DNA of 64,000 nt, from positions 15,252,001 to 15,316,000 of the forward strand of contig NC_043005.1 in NCBI RefSeq assembly GCF_006345805.1, given 5' to 3'. The number at the start of each line of letters is the position of its first letter. Position 1 is the stretch's first letter. Made by a program: the position numbers and the translations under genes. Below, piece after piece: positions 1 through 12,642 of the stretch. A model generated the notes under the pieces. That model saw nothing but the letters and a program-made list of their open reading frames with translations, did no database searches and had not been told where the DNA came from. The DNA is from Octopus sinensis. Taxonomy: Eukaryota.

Positions 1-1370
1 GGCATACTGGGCAGTTGGCCTGGGACCTCATGGGTTTTGGGGCCCAGTTCTGATCTATTTATATTGTGGCTTGCTGTAAAAAAAAAAAAAATTATTGGGC
101 CTAGTGCACTGATTTGCTTGGGGGCTCATAAACTTGCTAAGATGACCCTGAACTATAGCTATGGTGAAAGAGACTTGGTCAAAGTGCCAAATAGTGGACT
201 TGAACCCTGGATGTTGTGATAGCAAACCATATTTTGTAACCACTTGGCCATACCTGATGATTAAGGTGATGGTCACACACACACACACGCACACGCACAC
301 ACACACACACGCACACGCACACACACATACACATGTCTATGCATATGTATACATGTATGGAACATGGACGTTAAATGATGATATGTGTGTGTGTGTATAT
401 ATATATATATATGTGTGTGTGTGTATATATGTGTGTGTGTGTATATATGTCTGTGTGTGTGTATCTTTGAGTGTTTATGCTTGTCTGTGCATGTGTGTGT
501 GTGTGTGTGTGTGTGTATTAATATACAAACACAAACATGTACAAACTAAAAGGACAGCAAATTTTTTTCCCAGATCTGATTTGATCAGAAACTAAAGACA
601 GTAAAAAAAAAAAGAAAAAAAAGAGAAAAAGAAAAAAAAAAACTTCCCTATCAGTAACCATTCCTCTCATCCACCCCTCCTACACTTCACCTCACTGCAC
701 CTCTACCCTGATTCCATAAATATTATCTCTGGTTGAAGTATGGCAGGGTTAGGGTTGGAATGAACTAACCATTTTGCACCTCTTGTTTCACTGCACTTGT
801 TGTTGTTGTTGTTGTTTGTTGTTTTAATTTATCCCCCACCATTCCCACCCACCCACCCACCCACCCTGTACCTTTATAGCTTCTACATGGATGGGTTTCT
901 CTTTCCTTTTTTTTTCCTTTGTTTTTTTTTTTGTTTTTTTTCTGTAAAGTCTTTTCTACCCCAGTTTACCCTCTCCTCGTCCTCCTCCTCCCCCCTCCTC
1001 CCAACAACCACTCACTGTACCGTACACACACCCAGTTCTCCATCAGCAAACCAACCAACCAACCACCCAACCAGCCAGCCAACCAGCCAACCGTTAGATG
1101 CACTCTTTATTTTTCTCACACTTGAGGGTTTTTTGCTTCTTGAGATTTCGACCAAACAGAGATTCTCAAGGAATAAAGTCTGCTAGAAGGAGGAAGAAAA
1201 TGAGATCAAGCTGATGTTGACGGTGGCACTTGGTTACCGCTGCCTTCGCTACTGCTGGTGCCGGCACTGCTACTGCTGTTCTTGTTTTTTCTGTGGTGAT
1301 GATGATGATGGCAGTGGTGTTGAGTAAGCTGATGAACAAAGGCATTCCAACCATGACCAGCCTGTCTTTT

Positions 1371-1595
1371 AGTTCTATTATTTAAGAGATGAGGAATTAT
1401 GTACATTATTTACATTCAACAGATACTTGTCCTCATCTTGTTTGTTGTTAACACAACATTTCGGCGGATATACCCCTCCAGCCTTCTTCAGCCCACGGGC
1501 ATATGGCGTAGAGGTTAAGAGCACAGGCTACTAACCCCAAGATTCCGAGTTCAATTCCAAGCAGTGACCTGAACAATAACAAGAATAACAACAAC

Positions 1596-1629
<34 letters not shown>

Positions 1630-1785
1630 TAACAACAACAACATCGAAAAATACCTTAGGAATGAGTACCTAGGTTCGAAATTTCCGCAAGGCACCTGAA
1701 GAAGGCTGGAGTGTATATTAGCTGAAATGTTGTGTTAACAACAAACAAGATGAAGACAAATATCCGTAGAATGTAAATAATGTAC
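1371..1785 (+). mobile_element. tRNA-headed SINE-like element with hammerhead-bearing tail and inverted tail copy
   Basis: A box TGGCGTAGAGG, B box GAGTTCAATTC, (AAT)n, tail CTGAAGAAGGCTGG...GAAATGTTGTGTT; arms 1401-1491 and 1696-1785 are inverted. Confidence 0.75.
1691..1736 (+). ncRNA. Minimal hammerhead in SINE tail (wobble-rich stem II)
   Basis: GGCAC CTGAAGA A GGCTGG..TTAGCT GAAA TG TT GTGTT. Confidence 0.45.
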
Positions 1786-2147
1786 GTCCCGTCTTTGTTT
1801 TAAAGACATTTAGAATTGTACTATCCTCTGTGTCATTTTTTTTTTTTAAAGTAATTTGATTGAAGTCACTCTGCTGCTATTTTTAACAGATCTTGTAACC
1901 ACATAGATGCGCCTTCGTTGGTGTGTTGCTGTTGATCTTGCTAATGTAAATACCATGAGAGTATATCCATACCCTTTATTTATGTAAATACACACATTTA
2001 CACACAAATTTACACACACATGCACTCACACATGCCATACATGGACTAATAATGTGAAAACATCGCTTGAGATATTTCACCCTTTTGTTTTGTTTTGTTG
2101 TTGTTTACTTCATAGTAAGAGTATACAAGGGTGGCATAGTGCAGTGT

Positions 2148-2451
2148 TTTGTTTGTTCTTTCTCGAGCCACGCCTGGCTCATAAGGGCCGGTTTCCTGGT
2201 TCCCTTGGAGTATAGGTTCCCCACCTGGACGAGATGCTGGTCTGTCGCAGTTGAGCTGCATGATGCAGGAGGAAAGAGTGAGAGAAAGTTGTGGCGAAAG
2301 AGTCAAGAGAAGTTCACCACTACCTTCTGTCAGAGCCGCATGGAGCTTAGGTGTTTCGCTCATAAACACACACATTGCCCGGTCTGAGATTTGAACCCAC
2401 GATTACTCGACTGCGAGTCTGCTGCTCTAACCACTAGGTCATGTGCCTCCA
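2148..2451 (-). mobile_element. tRNA-derived SINE family B with 13-bp TSD
   Basis: TSD CATAGTGCAGTGT at 2135-2147 and 2452-2464; A/B boxes on the minus strand; related heads at 4159 (+), 15972 (+) and 22727 (-). Confidence 0.85.
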
Positions 2452-3611
2452 CATAGTGCAGTGTAGTATGATGTAATGCTTACTAGTATGGCAGAGCATA
2501 CTACTATATAGCAGTGTATTACTTTACAGTGTAGCATACCAATTTATAGTATATGTACTATAGAATTGTTGTACAGGATACTAATATTGTGTTATATAGT
2601 GTAGTACGTGCTATAATAGTGTAGTATTGTAATTTAGTATAGTATCTTTTTCTTCAGACAAAATGCAGTGCTATATCATCAAACATGTCCTTCTGTTCTA
2701 AAAGGAATCCCTTTAGTCACATCCTACCATTTTTTAAAGGCATTAGATATTGTAGTCTGGGTATACTGTGTCTAAGTAGTTTAATATAATTTTATATGGA
2801 AGTCTGGATGGTCAGAGCTGGAATGGTTTTGATCATTGGTCTGAGTAAGTTTGACCTAAGCTGAACAATAACAACAACAAGACAACTACAGTGTCATATC
2901 CAGAAAAGGTTTGAAGTGAAAATTGAAGACATTATTGCTAAGACTTTGGCATGACACATACAGATCCAAAAATCTAGTTTTTGGTTATTTATTGGTGTTA
3001 ATCAGTACATCAACATCATCATTAGCATTGATAAATGACCAAAACAAAAAATAAAATAAAATAGAAAAATTAATATGAAAAATTTGAATCTGTGTTTGGA
3101 ATTTAGAATAGAACATTAAAAAAAAACAACCAAAATTGAGATTGCTATAAATTTTGGTTAAAGGATAACTTTATTTTATAATCATATATTAAAATTTTCT
3201 TTTCTTTTCTCATCCATATTTTTCAAACTATTTTTAATTAATTATTTTCCTCACATTATTCTGTTCCCATGCATTAATTACAGGCAAGATTGACTTCCTT
3301 AGATAATACTGCCTTCCTGTTTTCTGTAAGTTAAATGGATGGCAAATAATAATATGACTCTGTAGTTTCCTTGCAATCTTAAACCAGTTGAAATGAAAGA
3401 TTTTTATCTTCACTCCCTGCTGTTGCCTCTTTGTTTAACCTTCCTTCAATCTATCAGAAAAATCTCACAGAAAATGAAGCTTTTGTAGAAATGGTATAAG
3501 GGTGTTTTTTTGAGTGGATGTCTGTGGTATATGTCACATAGAATAGGTCTTAGAAAATGGCATTCTTTTTTGATTTCTACTTTCTGCATGTATGTGTATG
3601 TGTATATTAAT

Positions 3612-3767
3612 GTGGCTGTGTGGTAAGTAGCTTGCTAACCAACCACATGGTTCCGGGTTCAGTCCCACTGCGTGGCATCTTGGGCAAGTGTCTTCTGCTA
3701 TAGCCCCGGGTCGACCAATGCCTTGTGAGTGGATTTGGTAGATGGAAACTGAAAGAAGCCTGTCGTA

Positions 3768-3814
<47 letters not shown>

Positions 3815-4041
3815 TATGTGTGTGTGTATATGTTTGTGTGTCTGTGTTTGTCCCCCTAGCATTGCTTGATAACCGATGCTGGTGTGTTTACGTCCCCGTC
3901 ACTTAGCGGTTCGGCAAAAGAGACCGATAGAATAAGTACTGGGCTTACAAAGAATAAGTCCCGGGGTCGATTTGCTCGACTAAAGGCGGTGCTCCAGCAT
4001 GGCCGCAGTCAAATGACTGAAACAAGTAAAAGAGTAAGAGT
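3612..4041 (+). mobile_element. tRNA-derived SINE family A (central (TA)n(TG)n, AAGAGT tail)
   Basis: Head GTGGCTGTGTGGTAAG...GGTTCAGTCCC; many near-identical copies in the window. Confidence 0.9.
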
Positions 4042-4158
4042 ATACATACATATGCATGCATTTATATGTGTATCACAAAAATAGTGAAAGAATGTTATTC
4101 TTTTGTGTGTTTGTGTGTGTTTATTAATGTGAATGTGCCTGTGCATATACATGCATAG

Positions 4159-4400
4159 GTGGAGGCACAATGGCCCAGTGGTTAGGGCAGCAGACTCGCA
4201 GTCGTACAATTGCAGTTTCGATTCCCAGACTGGGTGTTGTGAGTGTTTACTAAACAAAAACATCTAAAGCTCCATGAGGCTTCGGCAGGGGTTGGTGGCA
4301 AACCTTGCTGTACTCTTTCACCACAACTTTCTCACACTCTTTCTTCCTCTTTCAAAGGGCCAGCCTTGTCACACTGTGTAACACTGAATCTACCCACTGA
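4159..4400 (+). mobile_element. SINE family B
   Basis: GTGGAGGCACAATGGCCCAGTGGTTAGGGCAGCAGACTCGC head. Confidence 0.75.
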
Positions 4401-4547
4401 CTTACAGTGCTGAGTTCAATTTTTCTTATGAGAGAAGTTACCTGTGGTTAACAGGCATCGTATCCAGGAGGATGTTTTTTGCTTTCACCAACTAAAAAAC
4501 CAAATGAACAGTGATCCAATGGCTCATAGAGGAACATATAGTATTAA

Positions 4548-4752
4548 TCCTTTAGCATTTAAACTGGCCATATCTAGCCAAAATATTCTGTTTTATCTTC
4601 AAACCAGCTAGATCTGGCCTCTCACACCTACACTACAATGTCTTTTAAAAGTAATCTTTAAAATCTCAGAGCTATGAGATAAGTGTGACCAATTCAAAAC
4701 TTTGTAAATAAATAAGCGGTACATCTGACGGAGTAATTTGAAAGCTGAGAGG
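4548..4752. mobile_element. piggyBac-type MITE family 2 (diverged)
   Basis: TTAA-TCCTTTAGCATTTAAACTGGCC ... GAGAGG-TTAA. Confidence 0.7.
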
Positions 4753-6238
4753 TTAAAGCATTCAGCATCCTATCCCTGATAGCAGGGAACTTTAGTTAAA
4801 ATTTGCTCTTTTTTTTCCAAAGTTGTGGTCTGAGAAGGGTTGTAAAATGGTTGACAGTGCTGAAGAGGTTAGCATCTCATCCCTGGTAATGGAAAATTTT
4901 GGTTAAGATTTGTTCTTTCTCATCCAAAACAATATAGATTTTGCATAATACAAAATAGATTTTGAAAAAAGCAGAAGTTTAAAAAAATGTTTTAGTAAAT
5001 GGTCATGTTACTATTCAGATCTATCTTCAAAAGAGTTCCAGCTGTAATAATTCAAACATTCCCACCCCTTTTTTTTTATATATATCAGGTGCTATAATGT
5101 CCAATATGCCCCTTTTTTTAAGACAACAGGGTGTGATTTGGTAACTATTTCTACCAGTGTGAGCAACCACATAGAAGCTCCTTTGTTGCTTGTTTAATTG
5201 GTTGTTAATTACTAAATTGCACAAACAGCAAATATTATAAGATTGTAACTAGTGTTATTGATATGTATGTGAATGGATGGGACGGATTATTTATTCAGAT
5301 CTCAGGGCCACTGTTGCTGGCGGCAGCGGCTTAGATTTGGCACTGTTAGTTCTGCTTACTTTCTTTCTTATGTTGCTATCCTGAATCAGTCCAAGAGAAT
5401 TCTGCAGTTTTCGCAGAATCAGCTGAGCAGCGTGGGAATGTTTGAAACGGTTGGACTCCATAAATACATGTGGACTTGATATGCAAGCACATGGTGGCCT
5501 CCTAGTTAAAGAATCTAGAAATGGCACGCGGGGGGATTGATGGGAGATGGCGCGGAAGATGGGGGAAGAGGAAGGGAGTGGCTGAGGGGGTGGAAGAGTG
5601 AAGAAAGAGGTGAAGGTATAAGATGAAGAAAAAGGAAGAGAGGGAAAGGAGGAACAAGGAAGAAAGAAAAGAAAGCTTCTTGAGATGAGGGTGTGAGGTG
5701 AGGTGAGGATGTTACATAATAGCAAAAAGAGAATTGAGATTGGTGAGAAACTGTGTGTGTTGGGGGTAGTGTGGAGAGAGGTGTATATGTTGTAATAGTG
5801 GGGGTGTGGAGGGGATAATATGACAGAGAGAGAGAGAGAGATAAGGGCGGGAAAAAACAAATGTAAAAATGAAAATAAGGCACGATCTTTAGTCTTCTTA
5901 TTGCTGTTAAGTAAATATGTAATGTTATGTGTGTATCTATGTATATAAATGTGTGTGTGTGTATATTTGTATGTATATGTGTGTGTGTATGCAAGCATGT
6001 AAAAGGATGATGATAATACATTTGTGTTTACATATACACTTTGTTTTTATTTTGTATAATACACATTTTTGATGTGTGTATATATTATGTTTATATGCAA
6101 AATATGTATATCTCTGTAGCGTATATATGTGTAGTGTATGTTGGTTTTTAGCCACAGGTCAGTCATAAGCATTCTGTCTTTTTTGTGAGATTTCTAGAAT
6201 TGCACCATCTAACGTGTCCTCTTTTTATTAAAAAAATG

Positions 6239-6397
6239 GGAGTGGCTGTGTGGTAAGTAGCTTGCTAACCAACCACATGGTTCCGGGTTCAGTCCCACTG
6301 CATGGCATCTTGGGCAAATGTCTTCTGCTATAGCCCCGGGCCGACCAAAGCCTTGTGAGTGGATTTGGTAGACGGAAACTGAAAGAAGCCTGTCGTA

Positions 6398-6438
<41 letters not shown>

Positions 6439-6651
6439 TTGTGTGTCTGTGTTTGTTCCCCTAGCATTGCTTGACAACCGATGCTGGTGTGTTTACGTCC
6501 CCGTCACTTAGCGGTTTGGCAAAAGAGACCGATAGAATAAGTACTGGGCTTACAAAGAATAAGTCCCGGGGTCGACTTGCTCGACTAAAGGCGGTGCTCC
6601 AGCATGGCCGCAGTCAAATGACTGAAACAAGTAAAAGAGAGTAAAGAGAGT
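6239..6651 (+). mobile_element. SINE family A
   Basis: Full-length, collinear with 3612-4041. Confidence 0.9.
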
Positions 6652-7497
6652 ATAATTTAAGAGAAATTTGGTTGCTTTTTCTAGTGGGTTGAGTGACTAG
6701 AGGCTTGCTCGTTAGCTCAACACAGTGTATGTTAATTGACATGGTGTTTGTGGTGATGGTGGGGTATGTGGAGTGGTCAAAGTGGTGGTAGTAGATGTCT
6801 GAAGTAGTCATACTAGTGGTCACTGTGTTGAGAAGTGCTGGTTACATTGGCTGCGGTGATAGTCAAGGTCATATTGTTGAAATGTTGTGAAGTTTTAGAC
6901 GGTAACTTAATAATAGTTGGTACAAACATCAACAGTCAAAGATAACTTATTCTACTTTAGTATAAACATAAAAAATGATAATAATATTCTGTGTTGCACT
7001 TTCTTGATTGCCCTGTTATGGAGCTCTGCAATTCATTGAATTTGGTGTTTATTTTCTCTCTGATTTCTATGACATTCAAGTGGACTAAGAAAAAATCTCC
7101 TGGGGCGGGGAGGATGCTAGCTTCTGTCAGAGCTAACACTTTTTTTCTCGAGTCCGTGAGGTCTGTGTTGTTATTTAGTATCCCCACTTCAATACATGTG
7201 AATAATACACACACACACATATTCATTCACACAGTCATATCATCATCATCATCATCATCATCATTGTTTAACGTTTGTTTTCCATATATGCATGGGTAGG
7301 ATGGTTAACAGGAGCCGGCCAGGTAGAAAACTACCCTATGAGTAAGCACATAAATGCAAAATAAGGTGGAAAAAATAGTATTTGAATAGTGAAGATAGAG
7401 TAATATGCTTTTTTTTTATTAAAGCTGCAAAAACATAAAAAAACTGTTACTCAGAGTAATATATTACATGTACCATCACAATTTTATTCCATTCTTG

Positions 7498-7552
7498 ATC
7501 ACAACTGTCCGACGAATGGGAACATGAAACTCTGAGTAGCACTTTTTGTGGT
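7498..7552 (+). ncRNA. Type-I hammerhead motif, tandem partner of the 8176 copy
   Basis: CTGT CCGACGA ATG GGAA CAT GAAAC TCTGA GTA GCAC; one stem I mismatch. Confidence 0.65.
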
Positions 7553-8175
7553 GTTTTTGAAGCTTTAATAAAAAAAAAGTATGTACACACACACACACAC
7601 ACCCAAGTCCCATATATGAAGATGGGCCTCCATTAAGCTAATTTTATCCCTGATATTCACTACTATTAGCTCGCTACTATTACTATTATTAGTGAGTACA
7701 AGACAGTCTCTTGTACTTACTCTAACTGCTATTTACTTTACATTCTTTAATGATCTAAAAATTTCTTTACCTGAATATGCACTGTTGAAATTGGAATGCA
7801 ATTAATATACCTGTGCTTCTTATATGCCATGAAATATGTTGCCAGTCAAGCACTGGGGTCTTTAATTGACTAACCCTCCTTTCCTTCAAATCTGAAGTCT
7901 TGTGTCTTTGTAAGAAGTATATTTGAAAGGAGTGGATGTCTGAGTTGATAGAGTACTAGACGAAATGCTGGGACTCTCTTTACTTGGTTACTTTTGCTTT
8001 TCCTCTGCTCAGTCTTGGTCAAGCAAATCTATAGTCAGTTTCCTTCTACCAGAGTCCTATGTGTAAAACACTGAGTAACTTATATTGATTTTCATTAAAG
8101 CTGCAAAAGCATTAAAAAAAACTGCTACTCAGAGTAATATATTACATGTACCATCACAATTTTATTCCATTCTTG

Positions 8176-8230
8176 ATCACAACTGTCCGATGAATGGGAA
8201 CATGAAACTCTGAGTAGCAGTTTTTGTGAT
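8176..8230 (+). ncRNA. Type-I hammerhead ribozyme motif (U4C variant)
   Basis: Stem I AACTGT/GCAGTT, core CCGATGA, stem II ATG-GGAA-CAT, GAA, stem III ACTC-T-GAGT, triplet GUA (cut after 8216). Confidence 0.7.
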
Positions 8231-8721
8231 GTCTATATTGAAAGAGATAGAGAAAAAAGACCACGTCGCTAGGTTGCTGCATGGTTAGATTGAACCTAGA
8301 CTCACTTGGGTGCGAAGTAAACCTCTTACCTGTGGAGCTATGTTTATGCCCATCCTTAAATTTTAATGAATGCAAATATTTTTATATGGAGTGTCAGCAT
8401 TGCCTTGATATAATGTCAGCATATATGAGAATCAAGACAAGACTTTACAAAGAAAATATGTTCTATTTTGAAATTGCACTTTATGACCAGCCATTCTGAA
8501 AGGTAACTCAAGTAAAATTTGGCAAAACTCTAATTCTTTCATTGTTCTTGCTCTTTATTGAGATTGAAGTGTAAGGTGTATTTACTCAGTTGAGATTTAA
8601 GTGCAAGTATAATTATGACATTGCATTACCACAACATGCCAAATTAGACAGATATAAAGCTTGTATATTCATATATATTTGTATGTACAAATGCTTGCGT
8701 GCATGTGTGTGTATGTGTATT

Positions 8722-8735
8722 ATATATATACATAC

Positions 8736-8803
<68 letters not shown>

Positions 8804-8826
8804 ATGTATTTATATATATATATATG

Positions 8827-8863
<37 letters not shown>

Positions 8864-9030
8864 ATATTATATGTATTTATATATATATATATACATATAT
8901 ATATATGTATTTATATATATATATATACATATATATATATGTATTTATATATATATATATACATATATATATGTATTTATATATATATATACATATATAT
9001 ATATGTATTTATATATATATATATATTATT

Positions 9031-9063
<33 letters not shown>

Positions 9064-9271
9064 GTATTTATATATATACATATATATATTTATATGTGTG
9101 TATATATATATATATATGTATGTATTTATATGTATATACATATATATATATATATATGTATGTATTTATATGTATACATATATATATATATATGTATGTA
9201 TTTATATGTATATACATATATATATATATGTATGTATTTATATATATATACATATATATATATATATGTAT

Positions 9272-9362
<91 letters not shown>

Positions 9363-9435
9363 ATGTATTTATATATATATACATATATATATATATATTT
9401 TTTATTTATATTTATGTGTATATATATATATATAT
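8722..9435. repeat. Compound (TA)n/(TATG)/(TATT) microsatellite block
   Basis: About 700 bp of near-pure alternating purine-pyrimidine; source of the IYIY ORFs. Confidence 0.97.
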
Positions 9436-9769
9436 TGTATACACCACTACACCCTACACCACCATACCACACAAGACATCACACCACATCACCCCACCAT
9501 GCACACACTAGCACTGACCACTTCCCAGCCCCACACCTTCACACCTACACTTATACAAACGCACACGCCAAGGTCACCAGCCTCTTCCACACACACACAG
9601 ACATACTCTCTTATACACAGGCATGCACACCTTTGTTTTGGGATCACCTCTACTTTATTATCTTCCCTTCTCCCTAGCTCCTCTGTGTGACTCTTTTGTC
9701 CAGCATTCGCCACGTTGGATCGCTAGCCACTATCATTCTTTATTTTCTCTCCTTGTTTCTTTCTGTGTT

Positions 9770-9807
9770 CCTTTCTGTGGAAGAGCATAGGCTCGAAATG
9801 TTAAAGG
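9770..9807 (+). ncRNA. Hammerhead-like motif (A6 variant)
   Basis: CCTTT CTGTGGA A GAGC ATAG GCTC GAAA TGTT AAAGG: perfect stems I and II; core position 6 is non-canonical. Confidence 0.5.
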
Positions 9808-9843
9808 CTTTTTCACTTCTATCTATCTATCTATCTATCTATC

Positions 9844-9901
<58 letters not shown>

Positions 9902-9904
9902 TGC

Positions 9905-10220
9905 AGGCATGACTGTGTGGTAAGATGCCTGCTGCCCAGCCACATGGTTCTGGGTTAACTCCCTCTGTTAGGCACCTTGGGCAAGTGTTGTCTATTATAA
10001 CCTCAGGCCAACCAAAGCCTTGTAAGTGGATTTGGTCGATGGAAACTGAGAGAAAGAATCCCATCGTGTATGTATGTATGTATATATATATATATATATA
10101 TACAGTTAATCCAAACAAGAAAGCCCCCCAAAAAACACAACAACGTGGAACAAATATAGTATTATTGGACGCTCAGGAAAGAAGGAGGGTTTAACGTTTT
10201 GAGCGGAGCTCTTCGTCATA

Positions 10221-10252
<32 letters not shown>

Positions 10253-10441
10253 TGTGTATTTGTGTTTGTTTGTGTGTGACTATGTTTATGTCTCTATAAC
10301 TTAGTGGTTTGGCAAAAGAGACTGATAGAATGAGTATTAGGCTTGCAAAGAATAAGTCCTGGAGTTGATTTCTTTGAGTAAAACCCTTTAAAGTGGTGCT
10401 TCAGCATGGCCACAGTCAGACGACTGAAACAAGTAAAAGAA
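9905..10441 (+). mobile_element. SINE family A, interrupted
   Basis: Diverged copy with an insertion at 10103-10218. Confidence 0.8.
10103..10218 (-). mobile_element. Truncated Penelope-like tail with degenerate hammerhead nested in a SINE
   Basis: Minus strand TGACGA A GAGC TCC GCTC AAAAC GTT AAACCC; interrupts the TA core of SINE 9905-10441. Confidence 0.5.
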
Positions 10442-10943
10442 TATACACACACACATATATATATATATTATTAAGTACTATTCAGTGAAGGTAAGATCAA
10501 CAAAAAGAAAAAAGAAAAGTTCTCCGTCAGGTGAGAGATAAATATTGTCTAATGAATGTATTATATATTTTTATGAGCTACTAATAATTTCATCCAATGA
10601 AAACGACACAGACAGCATTTTATAACATGTTTGGTGCCTTCATGCAATCTTTAGGCTGTACTCACATGGCATATACGCACACACAAACACACACACACAC
10701 ACACACGCACACTCACATATCATATTATCGTTATCAACATTATTGTCCGTTTTCCATGCTGTCATGGGTTGGACTGCATGACTGGAGGCAGAGGCTACCA
10801 CCAGGTTCCTTAATCTGTTTTGGCTTGGTTTCTATGGCTGGATGCCCTTCCTAACACCAACACTTCAGAGTGTACTGGGTGCTTTCTATGTGGCACTAGC
10901 ACCCATATAGATAGGTAGATACACACATATATGTGTATATATC

Positions 10944-10993
<50 letters not shown>

Positions 10994-10994
<1 letters not shown>

Positions 10995-11222
10995 TTTATT
11001 TAAAGCAGCAGAAAATTCAACAAAACATGTTACTCTGAGTTTCCCGTTGCCGTTTGTCGGGCAGTTTTTTCTAGCAAAAACTGTCCAACGAACGGCAACG
11101 GGAAACTCAGAGTAACAGGCTTTGTTGAATTTTCTGCTGCTTTGAATAAAGCATATTACTCTACCACTGGTATTTGAGTACTCTTTTTTCCACCTTGTTT
11201 CACATTTATGTGTTTACTCCGG
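10994..11222. mobile_element. Head-to-head palindromic Penelope-like/retrozyme fragment with two mutated hammerheads
   Basis: Inverted arms across 10994-11151; forward motif CTGT CCAACGA ACG GCAA CGG GAAAC TCAGA GTA ACAG; tail homologous to the reverse complement of 7340-7430. Confidence 0.65.
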
Positions 11223-11559
11223 TATATATATATATATATTACAGACATATACATACACACACATGCATACAAACACAGAGAGAGAGAGACAGACAGACAG
11301 ACGGACAGACAGACAGAGGGAGAGAGAACAACATTCTTGTAAACACTCCAAGCAGAAGTCTGTGTTTGTTTGGCAGCACTTGTCAGATCAGTAAATGCGA
11401 CAATCATTTGATAAAGGGAAAATTATAAGAATGCATAATGCTGAGTGGGAAAATGTTATATATAACAATGCTATGAATGGATCAATAGACTGAATGGATT
11501 ATAATAGTCGTTTCTTTACTTTCTCACTTTCAGACATACTGTCTCTCTCTCTCTTTCTT

Positions 11560-11591
<32 letters not shown>

Positions 11592-12572
11592 CCTCTCTCT
11601 CTCTTTCTCATTCCCTCCCACACAGTCTCTTTCTCTTTCTTCCTTGTATATTCACACACATACCTACACTCACTCACTCTCTCTCTCTCACTGACTCAAC
11701 TCCTCTCCTTCATGCTTGCTGTCTCTCTTTTATATATGCTCTCTTTTTGCTATCATATACACACACTCTCTCTCTCTCTGTCTCTCTGTCTCTCTGTCTC
11801 TCTCTTTCAGACACACCTTCTCTCACTTTTACATCCTATTACTAACTCTCTATTTTCTCTTTCCCTCCCTCTTGCTCCATTCCTCTCTCTCTCTCTCTTT
11901 ACCTCCCACTCTCTCATAGATATGCAGATACATAATATTTTTCTGTCTCGTACACATATACACTCACATTCCTGTTAAATTTGTGATCTTAAAAAACAAA
12001 CCAAGCAGTTGCAATACAGGTAGTATTTGTAGTAGCAGAAGTAGTTTTAGTAGTAGTAGTGTCTCAAAAATCAGTCATAATATATAGCTATACAGGGTGA
12101 TGATTGCTTGGTCTTTTAGAAATAAAATCAAATTCTTCCTAAAATGATGCCCTACCATCTTTAGAAACAAAAAGAAAAAGGAAGAACATATTGAATAGTA
12201 TAGTCTAAGATACACTCTACCTAAAATCATTTGATGGGATAGTCAGAATATCTTGGATTACATTATTTAATGTGTTTTTTTATGGTAAACTGTGATTTGA
12301 GAAAGATCTGGTCGCTATTCTTAGTAGGTGCTGCAACTTCAAAGGGACTTCCTCATTGGTTCATTGCTTGTTGGGTGGGTAGGGTAATGCGGCTGGGTTT
12401 GGCTCTGCAATGCTCTGTTAATGTATTTTTACAGCCCTTTACAGTTCTGAGTTCACATTGCAGTGAGATCAACCTACACTGTCTTTCAGCAAGAGTTGTT
12501 AATCCAAGTACCAGTAATATATTGGTAGAATTTCAACTAGATATATTCCCCCACCCTCAACATTTTCATTAT

Positions 12573-12605
<33 letters not shown>

Positions 12606-12607
12606 CA

Positions 12608-12642
<35 letters not shown>

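Noticed and set aside
1493-1570. tRNA-like sequences (also all other SINE heads)
   Set aside because: A/B boxes are present but the acceptor stem is not intact and they run into SINE bodies; not tRNA genes
5291-5998. 235-aa minus-strand ORF with a complex C-terminal half
   Set aside because: Mostly low-complexity, no recognisable domain or splice context; may be a repeat remnant; a CTGAGCA...GAAAC on the + strand lacks G8/A9 and stems
8590-9690. Long ORFs rich in IYIY (also 23982-24863 and many CVCV/THTH/LSLS ORFs)
   Set aside because: Translations of (TA)n, (TG)n and (TC)n microsatellites, open in several frames and on both strands
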